This document shows, one piece after another, positions 26,069 through 36,392 of a stretch of DNA of 64,000 nt; position 1 is the stretch's first letter; every line of letters starts with the position of its first letter. The notes under the pieces are model-generated. The model worked only from the letters and a program-made list of their open reading frames with translations. It was not told the origin of the DNA and did not search any database. Position numbers and translations under genes: made by a program. The stretch lies in the IMG/VR virus record IMGVR_UViG_3300027503_000009; one strand, 5' to 3'. The DNA is from a virus.

Positions 26069-29000
26069 TTATTTATCAATTGCGAAGTCATGAACAAAAT
26101 CCAAACCAAAATGTTCATTTAGAAAACGCATCATTTTTTCCATATCTATCTTTAATCGTTTTCCAGTTCTTGTATCTACAGAATCATAAATCCATTCATT
26201 AGTTTCTCTGTCGTGTGGTGAAATTAGTGTTGCGTTTCCAGAAGCATCCATAACATAACATTCACCACTAGAAGAGTATATTGAAATTCCATTTGATAAT
26301 GTTCCGGCAGGTGCAGTTCCATTAAATATATCTAGATGATTTGTTCCTGTTGTAGTTGCACGTTGATGGGTTCCGCCTATTTTAACATTTCCTGAATCAT
26401 CTATACGCATTCTTTCTGTTGCAGCAGTATATAATTCAACAGTTCCACCAGTACCTTGAAGTTGACCCATACGCAAAGAAGTGTTATTTCTTATGCTAAA
26501 TATTCTACCAACATCAGCAGTACTTACGTCTATATAAAGACCAACAGTTGCATCGTCTGGATTATTAAATACTATTTCTCCACCTTCACCACCAGTTGCC
26601 AATTGTGTGGTGACTCCTTTCACATTAAGAGTTGTTGCTAGGGTTGTTGTTCCAATACCGACATTCCCAGAAGAACTGATTCTCATTCTTTCAGTAAGAG
26701 TATTTGCTGTTGAACCAGTACTTCCTGCTGATGCTGTTTGGAAAATTAACACTCCACTTCCACCAGTACCAGTACCATTACCAGCAGCAATAGTTAAGTT
26801 AGAACCAGCAGCATCTGTTCCTGTTCTAGCTGGACCTCTTAAAGTAGCTGCTGTAGTTGTAGCACTAGCTTCGCCAGAACCAAGAATAATATCTCCTGTT
26901 GAATTAATACGCATTCTTTCGAAAGGAGAACTATTTGCTTTTGTATAAAACAATAATTCTCCACCAGAGAGTGTTCCAGTACTGTTTTGTATAGCAGTTA
27001 TTCCAGCAACATTGTAGTGTGCATCGTTTTGACCAAGACTTCTACTAAAAAATATTCCACCCAAAACTGCACCAGATGTATTTACGCCACTCACTAAATT
27101 TAAGAAAGATTGTGTAGCATCATATATTTGTATTGTTTTTGCAGTAGTTAAAATACCTGTATAAGATGTTGTACCATTAATATAATTCGTTCCACCACCT
27201 AGATCTAAGATAGTTGCAGGAGCCGATGTTCCAATACCAACATTTCCAGCAGAACTAATGCGGAATCTTTCAGTAAGAGTATTTGCTGTTGAACCGCTAC
27301 TTCCGGCAGGTGCAGTTTGAAAAACAAGTGCGCCACTTCCACCAGTACCAGTACCATTACCAGCAGCAATAGTTAAGTTAGAACCAGTTAAATTGGTTCC
27401 TGTCATGTTTGGTCCTCGAACTAAGTTCGAACTTGCTGATCCGCCACCTTCACCAAAACCTAAAATAATATTACCATTTAGATCAATTCTCATTCTTTCA
27501 GTTAAAGAAGATCCGTTACTAGTATAAAATGATAATGTCCTTGTTATAGCAGGATTTCCTATAGCTGATCCAGATGCAGCAATAGTTCCAGATCCTGAAT
27601 TATTAAATCCTATTCCAGCCGATCCACTAGCTATCAAATCTCTAGAAGCTCTCCAGCGAGGATTGACTTCAGTTGAGAAATATTCTTCAATTTGTGCACC
27701 AGAAACTAATTGTATTCTAGTATTATTAAAAGTTCCGGCAACAATAGTACCATTAACTTCTAATTTTACTCCTGGTGAAACTGTACCAATACCAACACGA
27801 TCATTTGTTTGATCTACATATAATGTATTTGTATCTACTGTTAAAGCAGCAGCAGTTAATCTAGTTCCATCAAATGTTAAATTTGCTGATCCAGCAGTTG
27901 TTCCGGATGAATTATATAGAACTTGTGTATTAGAACCACCAATTGGTCCGGTGGCACCTGTAAATCCTGTTGCACCTTGTAATCCAGTTGCTCCAATGAA
28001 ACCTGTGGCACCTTGTAATCCAGAACCAGTTGCACCAATGAAACCTGTGGCACCAATGAAACCAGTTGCACCAATAAATCCGGTAGCTCCAGTGAATCCA
28101 GTTGCACCTTGTAATCCAGAACCAGTTGCACCAATGAAACCTGTGGCACCAATGAAACCAGTTGCACCTTGTAATCCAGAACCAGTTGCACCAATGAAAC
28201 CTGTGGCACCAATGAAACCAGTTGCACCAATGAAACCTGTGGCACCTTGTAATCCAGAACCAGTTGCACCAATAAATCCGGTAGCTCCAGTGAATCCAGT
28301 TGCACCAATGAATCCGGTAGCTCCAGTGAAACCTGTGGCACCTTGTAATCCAGAACCAGTTGCACCAATGAAACCTGTGGCACCAATGAATCCGGTAGCT
28401 CCAGTGAAACCTGTGGCACCAATGAATCCTGTGGCACCTGTGAATCCAGTAGCACCAATGAATCCTGTCGCACCTGTTAATCCAGTAACACCATGTAATC
28501 CTGTGGCACCCGTAAAACCAGTAGCACCTGTGAATCCAGTAGCACCAATTATTGTTGAACTTGGTGTTCCCGCAGAATTAATATCAAATAATTTCCAATT
28601 TCCACTATCAAAAATTAAAACAATAACATCATTATCTACAATATAAGTATTATCAATAATAATAAATGATGAACTTTCAACTAAATCTGAACCAGATGCT
28701 AATATTTTAAATCCAGTTCCTGTAGAATAATCAACAGCGATATATATCGCTGCACTAGTATACCCAGAAGGTAATGTGACTACAAGATTAGTTGGTGTAT
28801 TATTACCATAAACAATATATCTTTTATTATATTGTGCTGTAAATGAAGTTGTTTGTTTTACCCAGTTAAAATATTCAGAACCCAACGCTGCTGTTGTTTG
28901 TATTGTATTGTCTGAAAATTTAATTCCCTGAGATGAAGTAGTTATAAATCCGCCCGTACAAGTTAATCCTTGTTGAGCAGTTAATAATTTATGTGAAGTT

Positions 29001-29146
29001 AAACCACTAGAATTTGCAGTTGCGATATCTTCAGATGAAATTTCTTCTGTTTCAGCATTAACAATACTTCTAGTTGTTTCTGGTAAAACATCAGGTTCAA
29101 CTTCAGGTAAATTTTCTTCTGGATTTACAATATAAATTTCTGACAT
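26069..29146 (-). CDS. Collagen-like (Gly-Ala-Thr) fibre protein with ERMRI..GNVGIGT tail-fibre repeats
   Basis: ~200 residues of ([12 protein letters not shown])n, then repeated ER.RI...GN.GIG modules. Confidence 0.85.
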   Translation of the reverse strand: MSEIYIVNPEENLPEVEPDVLPETTRSIVNAETEEISSEDIATANSSGLTSHKLLTAQQGLTCTGGFITTSSQGIKFSDNTIQTTAALGSEYFNWVKQTTSFTAQYNKRYIVYGNNTPTNLVVTLPSGYTSAAIYIAVDYSTGTGFKILASGSDLVESSSFIIIDNTYIVDNDVIVLIFDSGNWKLFDINSAGTPSSTIIGATGFTGATGFTGATGLHGVTGLTGATGFIGATGFTGATGFIGATGFTGATGFIGATGFIGATGSGLQGATGFTGATGFIGATGFTGATGFIGATGSGLQGATGFIGATGFIGATGFIGATGSGLQGATGFIGATGFIGATGSGLQGATGFTGATGFIGATGFIGATGFIGATGSGLQGATGFIGATGLQGATGFTGATGPIGGSNTQVLYNSSGTTAGSANLTFDGTRLTAAALTVDTNTLYVDQTNDRVGIGTVSPGVKLEVNGTIVAGTFNNTRIQLVSGAQIEEYFSTEVNPRWRASRDLIASGSAGIGFNNSGSGTIAASGSAIGNPAITRTLSFYTSNGSSLTERMRIDLNGNIILGFGEGGGSASSNLVRGPNMTGTNLTGSNLTIAAGNGTGTGGSGALVFQTAPAGSSGSTANTLTERFRISSAGNVGIGTSAPATILDLGGGTNYINGTTSYTGILTTAKTIQIYDATQSFLNLVSGVNTSGAVLGGIFFSRSLGQNDAHYNVAGITAIQNSTGTLSGGELLFYTKANSSPFERMRINSTGDIILGSGEASATTTAATLRGPARTGTDAAGSNLTIAAGNGTGTGGSGVLIFQTASAGSTGSTANTLTERMRISSSGNVGIGTTTLATTLNVKGVTTQLATGGEGGEIVFNNPDDATVGLYIDVSTADVGRIFSIRNNTSLRMGQLQGTGGTVELYTAATERMRIDDSGNVKIGGTHQRATTTGTNHLDIFNGTAPAGTLSNGISIYSSSGECYVMDASGNATLISPHDRETNEWIYDSVDTRTGKRLKIDMEKMMRFLNEHFGLDFVHDFAIDK
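27945..28550. repeat. 18-bp-unit tandem coding repeat (GATGFx), collagen-like block
   Basis: Repeats of CCAGTTGCACCAATGAAA / CCTGTGGCACCAATGAAA with GSGLQ interruptions. Confidence 0.95.
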
Positions 29147-29153
29147 ATTTAAT

Positions 29154-29161
29154 TATTTATA
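29154..29161 (-). promoter_or_regulatory. T4 late promoter (fibre gene)
   Basis: TATAAATA ending 7 nt before ATG 29146. Confidence 0.75.
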
Positions 29162-30053
29162 ATAAAAAATCAACCCATTTATCAATATGAAATTTCCAAT
29201 CATAATTTTGTCTAGCATATTCTTGAATATCCAAACATTTATTTTTATATTCTTTCGGATTATCAGCATAATAATTCAATAAACTGACAGTTTCTGTTAT
29301 AAAATAATTTGGGTCAATACTAACAACATGACCACCACCAGCAGGACCATTTTTTTCAAAATAACCAACTGGTGTACTAATACATAATTTACCAGCAGCA
29401 GCGGCTTCTAACATAGGAAGTCCCGCACCTTCTTCTGTTGAAGCAGTTATAATACAATCAACGCTTTTATAAAAATTAGGCATTGAAAGATAGTGATAAA
29501 AATTATGTTTCTTAAAAGTTAGTCCAGTATATTTAACAGCTTGCTCAACAAGTGCGCCTCTTTTTATTTCTTGTCCAAAAAAGTTTTGTGTTGAATATGC
29601 TCCAGCCATAGCAACTGTGGATAATTTTTCGGAGGGTTTTGAATAAAATCTATCAAAATGAATTCCAAACGGAACAACATGTGATTTTACTGGAACACCA
29701 AATTCAATAGATTTCTTATCTAATATCTCAGATACAGTTCCATATTTTGCAATTTTATTAAAAATATCTAACCCCATTTGTTGTCTTGCTAATAAAATAT
29801 CCCATTGTCCATGAGCAACTGCAATAATTTTTTGTAATGGTATTTGATAATTTAATAAGAAACCAATACCAACTGGAGTTGTAACAAAATAATCAGTTGA
29901 ATCAGAAATTTTTAACATTTCGTCAATTTGATATTGACGTTCCCAATCTAATACTTCAGCATTAATACCAAATCGGTACAATTCTTTACAAAGTGAATTG
30001 TGAATTGTACCAAATGCCCATTTATTTTCTGTAAAAAATATTATATTTCTCAT
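29157..30053 (-). CDS. Glycosyltransferase, GT-B fold (GT4-like)
   Basis: EGAGLPMLEAAAAG (E-x7-E), ISTPVG, YDW. Confidence 0.85.
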   Translation of the reverse strand: MRNIIFFTENKWAFGTIHNSLCKELYRFGINAEVLDWERQYQIDEMLKISDSTDYFVTTPVGIGFLLNYQIPLQKIIAVAHGQWDILLARQQMGLDIFNKIAKYGTVSEILDKKSIEFGVPVKSHVVPFGIHFDRFYSKPSEKLSTVAMAGAYSTQNFFGQEIKRGALVEQAVKYTGLTFKKHNFYHYLSMPNFYKSVDCIITASTEEGAGLPMLEAAAAGKLCISTPVGYFEKNGPAGGGHVVSIDPNYFITETVSLLNYYADNPKEYKNKCLDIQEYARQNYDWKFHIDKWVDFLL

Positions 30054-30056
30054 AAT

Positions 30057-30803
30057 TTATTTTCCTAATTCATGAAGAAACTTAAACCCTTTTTGTCTTA
30101 AATAATCAGTGTATTCAAACATCTTAGGAACTCCACCTGTACATCCGATAGCAACTTCATCACAACCTAATTCCCAACCTTTTAAACTTCCCCACATTTC
30201 TTTATTACTTTTTGGATGTGGAGGAACATATGTTCCTAAGTCTGTATATTTTTGTAAAACATATGAAAAGTGCATATCTTCACCAACAATAAAATTGTGA
30301 TCTATTGGTGGTAATTCTCTACAAAAAACTGATAATAAATCCCTGTGGAAAAACCAATTATGTCCAACAATATCTACACGTTCTACTTGTTCATTATTAT
30401 TTCCATCCCAACCATAACGATCAGTCATTTGATATTCATAAGAACTATTTGGAAATTTAATTCCAATTGCTCCAAGCAAACCTGGATGTTTTTCGTATGT
30501 ATTTAAACAATTTTCAATCCACTGTGTTCCTGGGATTGTATCATCATCTAATATACAAACATAATTTGTTCTAGCATTTAATGCATAATAAAATCTAGCC
30601 CAAACACCAAAATTAACTGATGCATATGATGATATGCAATAATTGGTTGATGTTTGCATATCATAATGAACATTTGGCATTGAATTTTGCCAATAAAAAA
30701 TATCTTTTACTTTAACTGTTTGTGTTAAAGCTGCATCTACTTGTTTTTTCAAATTTTGAGGTCTTTTATAACCATTCAAAATTACAGTAACATCATTATT
30801 CAT
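30057..30803 (-). CDS. Glycosyltransferase, GT-A fold (GT2-like)
   Basis: VTVILNGYKRP, YVCILDDD (DxD), GED. Confidence 0.8.
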   Translation of the reverse strand: MNNDVTVILNGYKRPQNLKKQVDAALTQTVKVKDIFYWQNSMPNVHYDMQTSTNYCISSYASVNFGVWARFYYALNARTNYVCILDDDTIPGTQWIENCLNTYEKHPGLLGAIGIKFPNSSYEYQMTDRYGWDGNNNEQVERVDIVGHNWFFHRDLLSVFCRELPPIDHNFIVGEDMHFSYVLQKYTDLGTYVPPHPKSNKEMWGSLKGWELGCDEVAIGCTGGVPKMFEYTDYLRQKGFKFLHELGK

Positions 30804-30804
30804 A

Positions 30805-31527
30805 TTATCCCCAATAACAAATCTTTTTATTATCTGAATGATCTAAAATATAGTAACCACGAATATTTAAATCTGATTGTAGCCAAGGATGTAAAGTTGA
30901 ACCTATATCTAAATAAGTATTGTTTTTATTTACTTCCCATAATTGTTGTGCTAATATTTTACCCAAAGGACCACAAGCAAATAAATATAATTTATTTTCT
31001 GTTTTCCAATTTTTTAATTCATCAACTAAATTTATATTTTCAACCCAAGCATTATATTTAACCGGAATAAATGCTTCTCCAGAAAAAGGTAAATTATTTA
31101 CTTTAGATTTTTCATTAGCAACTAATATTATATTTCTTTTTTTGAATAGTTCAATGTAATTGTTTATGAAATATTGATAATTTGAATTCACAAATATATT
31201 AGCATAGGTTAAATTTTCATCACTTTGATCTGATAATTTTTTCATATTATTAAAATTATTATATCCTTGACAACAAGGACAAACTATACCAACATAATAA
31301 TTAGGATCTTTATAGGTGAAAGATTTATGTAATAAATTTCTAGCTAAATCATATCTATCATCAAAACCATTTGTAGACCATTCACCATAACCAGAAGAAA
31401 TACATTCTCCTCTCATAGCAATCATTTCACCATCACCAAATCTAGCTAAAGAAAAATTTTTATTTGACTGTAACATCCATAAAAATTTTTGTATTTCTTC
31501 TTTAAAATTTTTCACAACATACTCCAT
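30805..31527 (-). CDS. GT-D fold (DUF1792-like) glycosyltransferase
   Basis: FSLARFGDGE and LFACGPLGK...LDIGS motifs. Confidence 0.7.
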   Translation of the reverse strand: MEYVVKNFKEEIQKFLWMLQSNKNFSLARFGDGEMIAMRGECISSGYGEWSTNGFDDRYDLARNLLHKSFTYKDPNYYVGIVCPCCQGYNNFNNMKKLSDQSDENLTYANIFVNSNYQYFINNYIELFKKRNIILVANEKSKVNNLPFSGEAFIPVKYNAWVENINLVDELKNWKTENKLYLFACGPLGKILAQQLWEVNKNNTYLDIGSTLHPWLQSDLNIRGYYILDHSDNKKICYWG

Positions 31528-31528
31528 A

Positions 31529-32095
31529 TTATTTTTTAATTATTAAAATACCAACATTTAATCCATCAAACCAAGGTGCACCTGAACCAATAATTCTATT
31601 TTCATAATTTTTATATGATATTTTTTGTCTTAAATAATCTTCAATATTATTTAATTGTAGTCCAGGAATATCAAATGTTATAATAACATATCCATCTTTT
31701 TTAACTTGTTTTATCAGATTAGATAAATGATGTACATGATCACCGGGAATTTCCTCTAGTGCAGAAACATTTAAAATAACATCAAAAGATTCTTTGAAGT
31801 TATCATCTGGTTCTTTTGTTATATCATGTATACAAGTGTTATCTATTCTACTATAAAGAATGTCAGAATTAGTAACATATTCTCGACCAAACTTTTTTTC
31901 TAATTCATTCTTAAATCTCTGATGATGTTCTAAATCAAATCCCCAAGAAGAATTATGAATTTTTGGATTATTTGGTAATTCCAAATTGTTTAAAATATTT
32001 AATAATGTTGGATATTCATACTTTCTAGACCAATGTGGATAAGTATCATCAAAAACATCATTTTTATTTACATATCTAAAATCAATTATTTTCAT
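31529..32095 (-). CDS. Divergent SAM-dependent methyltransferase-like protein
   Basis: WSRKYEYP, FDVILNVSALEEI, VKKDGYVIITFD; canonical GxG motif absent. Confidence 0.55.
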   Translation of the reverse strand: MKIIDFRYVNKNDVFDDTYPHWSRKYEYPTLLNILNNLELPNNPKIHNSSWGFDLEHHQRFKNELEKKFGREYVTNSDILYSRIDNTCIHDITKEPDDNFKESFDVILNVSALEEIPGDHVHHLSNLIKQVKKDGYVIITFDIPGLQLNNIEDYLRQKISYKNYENRIIGSGAPWFDGLNVGILIIKK

Positions 32096-32726
32096 ATAAA
32101 TTTATTTCTGGATAATGTGAACTAATTTTATTAGTTTCTGGTCCATCATAGTATTTTTCAATTGGTTTACCTAAAATACTAACAAACGGATCAGATTCAA
32201 GATATATTGGCCTATATGTTTCTTTAGGAAAATCTAAATCTATATTAACTACTTTTTCAGAAAAAGAAGTTATAAAACTATATTTTGATTTTTCTTTTGT
32301 TAAGGATACACTTTCTGTCGCATACTGTAAAGGAAGATGTTCTAGTGTATGTCTGATTATTATTAAATCAAATTTATAATCTATATTTTTTAAATATGTA
32401 TTCATATCAGAACATATAAATTTTATATTATCTTTAGAATAATTTTTATTATTGTAATCTATAGCTTCTTGTACGCAGTCTAATCCAATATAATTAGGAA
32501 GACTGTCTGAAATAGTTCTCATCCAATTCCAATCTCCACAAGAACAATCTAATATTGTATTGATATTTTTTTCTGAAATAAATTTTAAAAGTATACTTTT
32601 AAAATTGGAAGTCCATTCTAATGTACTACCTAATCCAGATCTAGATTCATTTTGTCCCATATACCAACTAAAATCTTTATATATAGTTGTGAAAGTTTCA
32701 TTTATATTATCAATAAGTTTTTCCAT
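32082..32726 (-). CDS. Class I SAM-dependent methyltransferase
   Basis: SGLGS, ILDCSCGDWNWM, YIGLD, DLIIIRHTLEHL. Confidence 0.8.
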   Translation of the reverse strand: MEKLIDNINETFTTIYKDFSWYMGQNESRSGLGSTLEWTSNFKSILLKFISEKNINTILDCSCGDWNWMRTISDSLPNYIGLDCVQEAIDYNNKNYSKDNIKFICSDMNTYLKNIDYKFDLIIIRHTLEHLPLQYATESVSLTKEKSKYSFITSFSEKVVNIDLDFPKETYRPIYLESDPFVSILGKPIEKYYDGPETNKISSHYPEINLYENN

Positions 32727-32732
32727 AAAAAA

Positions 32733-33905
32733 TTAATTAATCCCTTTTGGATAATATCTATTTAGCCATTCCAAATCAGTTCTTTCTGTATGTCTTTGAT
32801 ACCATCCGTCATTAGTATAAACATCCCAAACCATTTGAAAATATTCTTCATACATTTTTCCAACTCTATCTAAGGTGAAATTATTCATAGCCCAATCATA
32901 ACAATTTTTAGGATTGATTTTATCAATATTTTCAGCAGCCCAACAGAAATGATCAAATGTACGACAACGATAACCAGTTACACCATGTAGATTATTTTCT
33001 GCATGTGAACCCCAATCAGTTGTTATAATCGGACAACCAGCAAATAATGCTTCAATTGAAGCACCACCAAAAGGTTCATTGTACATTGAAGGTAAAAAGA
33101 ATCCTTTTGCTTTAGACAACATTTCTTTTCGTTGTTCTGAATTTAAATAACCAACTTTTTCTATTTGTCCAGGAATTTCTTTATAACCATATTCTTCTAA
33201 AGAACCTTGACCAGCAATTTTTAATTTAAGTCCCAATTTCTGACAAACTTGATATGCAATGTCAATTCCTTTTCCTGGATAAACTCTACCCATGAATAGG
33301 AAATAATCATCTTTTTCTTGTGAAAATGTAAATTCTTCGGGATCAAAATAATTAGGAATTACTGAATGATACCAATCTTCTTGACAATTGGTGACTGAAT
33401 TTGGTCCTCCAACCGCTGATCTTATTGCATAAGATTCAAAAATTCTATACTTAGCAAAATGACCAGTTCCATAACCAATTCCGGGTTCAACAACAATCAT
33501 ATCGGGATGTGCATCACAAACTGGTTTATGTCCTAATCCCCAGAAGGGCAAAATAAAATCTAAAGGTTGTTTGCGTTTTTGAATTTCTCTGATAGTATTA
33601 GTATAAAATGTTCTGTAAGCGTGATCACCCATATCAAACTTAAAGAAGTTCTTACGCCAATCGTAATTACCGTAAGCAATTTCTAGATCTTTATTTGTTG
33701 TAACTGTGACATGTTCATCACAAATTAAATTAGAATCTTCATGACCATAATGAATAATATGATGGCCTCTAGCCTTCATCATTTTTCCAAATTTGAGAAC
33801 CTTCTGCGTATAAGCACAACCCGTGTATTCTGAATTAGTTACAGTATGAGGAAGCCCCAAAATGTGAAATCTGTATTTTTGACTCATTATATTTTCTCCA
33901 TTCAA
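32733..33905 (-). CDS. Glycosyltransferase, GT-B fold (GT4-like); start probably 33887
   Basis: FLFMGRV...KG, EPFGGASIEALFAG.P.ITTDWG. Confidence 0.88.
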   Translation of the reverse strand: MNGENIMSQKYRFHILGLPHTVTNSEYTGCAYTQKVLKFGKMMKARGHHIIHYGHEDSNLICDEHVTVTTNKDLEIAYGNYDWRKNFFKFDMGDHAYRTFYTNTIREIQKRKQPLDFILPFWGLGHKPVCDAHPDMIVVEPGIGYGTGHFAKYRIFESYAIRSAVGGPNSVTNCQEDWYHSVIPNYFDPEEFTFSQEKDDYFLFMGRVYPGKGIDIAYQVCQKLGLKLKIAGQGSLEEYGYKEIPGQIEKVGYLNSEQRKEMLSKAKGFFLPSMYNEPFGGASIEALFAGCPIITTDWGSHAENNLHGVTGYRCRTFDHFCWAAENIDKINPKNCYDWAMNNFTLDRVGKMYEEYFQMVWDVYTNDGWYQRHTERTDLEWLNRYYPKGIN

Positions 33906-33922
33906 CTATTATAAGTTAAACA

Positions 33923-33930
33923 TATTTATA
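33923..33930 (-). promoter_or_regulatory. T4 late promoter heading the glycosyltransferase/methyltransferase operon
   Basis: TATAAATA on minus strand immediately upstream of the first GT gene. Confidence 0.78.
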
Positions 33931-36207
33931 TTACAAATAAGAATAGTATGTTGGTCCGCCCCCGCCTCCACTAGCCAATGAAACATCAAAAGTATTTCCT
34001 GCAACTTGCTCAACAGATACTCCCTTATATGTAGAAGATTCATATGCAAAAACGAAGACTGGAATTGTATTATCATACCAAGTCATTGAATATGATCCAT
34101 TCCCTGTTCTTGAAGTAGATGCTATTTTTTCACCATTATCTGTTCTATAAGCTTCAATATTAACTGTACCACCATTTGATCCTGATATTGTTCCAGATAT
34201 AGTGTATGATATAGTATGATAAGTTAAATTCGTATTCATAAAATTACCAATATTTAATACAAATTTTTGATTATAATAGATTCTATTGTCTTGTCCTAAT
34301 GCAAATCTAGGTTGTCTTATATCTGTTGGGTATTGTTTCCAAAAGTTTGTAGTATTATACCATGAATATATAGTTCCCGCCTCAGCATCTGAGTTATAAT
34401 AATTTATATCTACCAAAGTTCTCAATGCAGTTGAATTTGTACCATCTTGTAAAAGACCAAGAGTAGTTATATAAAATGGAAATTGTGATACAGTAGATCC
34501 AGTAATTGTATATAAGTCTAAGCCACTATTAGTTAAAAAATAATTCGTTTCTGGTATATCTTCACGGACAGTACCAAGAGACGATCCAAATGGAGATACT
34601 GGTGTAAATGTAGAACTTAAAGTACTGGTAGATATTGAGTTACTATAATCTATAGTAGTAAATTTTACTGTATGATTATGAGCACCATCACCATCAGAAT
34701 GTTTCCCGCTAGTGTAATTTAAAAATACTACACCAGTAACTGAGTCTGTACCAACTGACGGTTTAGCTTCAATTATTAATGTATTTAATCCTCTCGATAA
34801 AGTTATACCAGCAGTAGAACCTGTTTCACCAGAATCAATTCTTCTTCCTATAACAAAAGAACCGACTCTATTACCACCACCTGCATGTGTATAAGTTCTA
34901 TCTGCTTGTGAACCGACTGCCATAACTAATGATAAGGCTGCACCATCCATTGTTGACATTAATAAACCAGATTGAACTAATGAAATTGTTGTTGGTTCTT
35001 GAATAAAGAAATCAACTACAAAATTATTTCCAATAAGTCCAGATCGGCCAGATGTCGATTCTGAACTACCAAAAGGAATTTCTAAACTGTTAATTATACT
35101 GGTACTCGATGAATGATCATACTCATATGTTACAACTAAAACACCACACATACAAGGCATAGTGATTGATGTCACGTTACTTACTCTGGCAGTAATAGAA
35201 CTAGTTGCATTTGTTGCTAATATAGATGTAATTTCATCTATTCTCTTAAAAGATCTATCTGTAGATAATGCCATATTATAAGCAAGACTTGCGGCATCAG
35301 TTCCACTAAATGTTAATGTACATGTTGCGTTGGTTGTGTTTCCTGTACCAGTATTGCCCATATGACTATATGATTCAAAAAATATGTTTCTAAAAGTTTT
35401 AGAAGCTTCTGGTAAAAATGTACTTAGATTTGGAACTTGATTTGCGGCACCAATATTTGATGCAGTAGTTGTTAAATTTCCAGTATTACCATCAATTGGT
35501 ATTTTTACTGTTTTAATTCTGGTTGTTGTCGCAACACTATCTTCATATTCATAAGTTATAACAATTTTTGCACTAGTGTTATTTGTAGCTAATCCAGTTA
35601 AATTGATTCTAGCTGTACTAGCCATAGTTGTGGCGTTAGCTGTCCAATTTTGATTAAAATAATTTCTAAAATCACATATAAACGTCCAAGATTGGTGTTC
35701 TCCTGAATTAGTTAGTACACTTGTATTAGAAAAAGTACCAATTGCTATAGCACCCAATGTTAAACCTAAAGTAACATCAGTGACATTTGCGGCGGTGGCG
35801 GCATTATCTACTGAACTAACTTCAAGAAAAGCATTTTTAAATACTATATCATAAATTGTGCAGTTTATATCTGTCGTTGAATTTGTTAATGTAGAAGTCG
35901 CTCCATCAAAAGAAGCACTTACAGTAATAGTTGTAGTTGAAGGAACAGATTTAACCCAATATGTCGTTCCTGATGTTAATCCACCGCCAGTAGATGAAGG
36001 AACTAATCTATTGCCAATTCTCAAACCATGATCTGTCGTGAATGTTATTATATTACCTGTAGCTGATGTTGAATCAATTGTTTTTGACACACCTATATTT
36101 TCAGGAATATACAAATTTATTGACGTGAAATCTCTATTATTTCCTGAAGCGACGGAAGTGTTTGAAAATGGATATGCAAATTCTACTGTTTTTTGTCTTG
36201 TAGCCAT
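33931..36207 (-). CDS. Large Thr/Ser-rich putative virion protein
   Basis: 758 aa, beta-rich, duplicated VVTYEY..S segments; late-gene context. Confidence 0.65.
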   Translation of the reverse strand: MATRQKTVEFAYPFSNTSVASGNNRDFTSINLYIPENIGVSKTIDSTSATGNIITFTTDHGLRIGNRLVPSSTGGGLTSGTTYWVKSVPSTTTITVSASFDGATSTLTNSTTDINCTIYDIVFKNAFLEVSSVDNAATAANVTDVTLGLTLGAIAIGTFSNTSVLTNSGEHQSWTFICDFRNYFNQNWTANATTMASTARINLTGLATNNTSAKIVITYEYEDSVATTTRIKTVKIPIDGNTGNLTTTASNIGAANQVPNLSTFLPEASKTFRNIFFESYSHMGNTGTGNTTNATCTLTFSGTDAASLAYNMALSTDRSFKRIDEITSILATNATSSITARVSNVTSITMPCMCGVLVVTYEYDHSSSTSIINSLEIPFGSSESTSGRSGLIGNNFVVDFFIQEPTTISLVQSGLLMSTMDGAALSLVMAVGSQADRTYTHAGGGNRVGSFVIGRRIDSGETGSTAGITLSRGLNTLIIEAKPSVGTDSVTGVVFLNYTSGKHSDGDGAHNHTVKFTTIDYSNSISTSTLSSTFTPVSPFGSSLGTVREDIPETNYFLTNSGLDLYTITGSTVSQFPFYITTLGLLQDGTNSTALRTLVDINYYNSDAEAGTIYSWYNTTNFWKQYPTDIRQPRFALGQDNRIYYNQKFVLNIGNFMNTNLTYHTISYTISGTISGSNGGTVNIEAYRTDNGEKIASTSRTGNGSYSMTWYDNTIPVFVFAYESSTYKGVSVEQVAGNTFDVSLASGGGGGPTYYSYL

Positions 36208-36209
36208 AA

Positions 36210-36389
36210 TTAACTCGATATATCTCTTCTTTTAACTCTTATTTGAAATAATTCATTTGTTCCATTATAATCAACTATTATTTTCCATTCTTCATCATAT
36301 AAGAAACCTCTCCAAACACAATAACCAGTTCTATCTGCTACTGCCAAATCTATACATTCTGCTATTTTATTTGCTAATGGTGAACTCAT
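36210..36389 (-). CDS. 59-aa hypothetical protein (not in ORF track)
   Basis: MSSPLANKIAECIDLAVADRTGYCVWRGFLYDEEWKIIVDYNG...; fills the gap between neighbours with 2-3 nt spacing. Confidence 0.7.
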   Translation of the reverse strand: MSSPLANKIAECIDLAVADRTGYCVWRGFLYDEEWKIIVDYNGTNELFQIRVKRRDISS

Positions 36390-36392
36390 ATA

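Noticed and set aside
27945-28550. Possible CRISPR array
   Set aside because: The repeats are contiguous degenerate 18-bp coding units with no unique spacers
29157-33905. GT cluster as a DNA hypermodification system (T4 alpha/beta-gt-like)
   Set aside because: It has a late promoter, sits among virion genes, includes GT-D-like and sugar-MTase-like members, and has no hydroxymethylase nearby; less likely but not formally excluded
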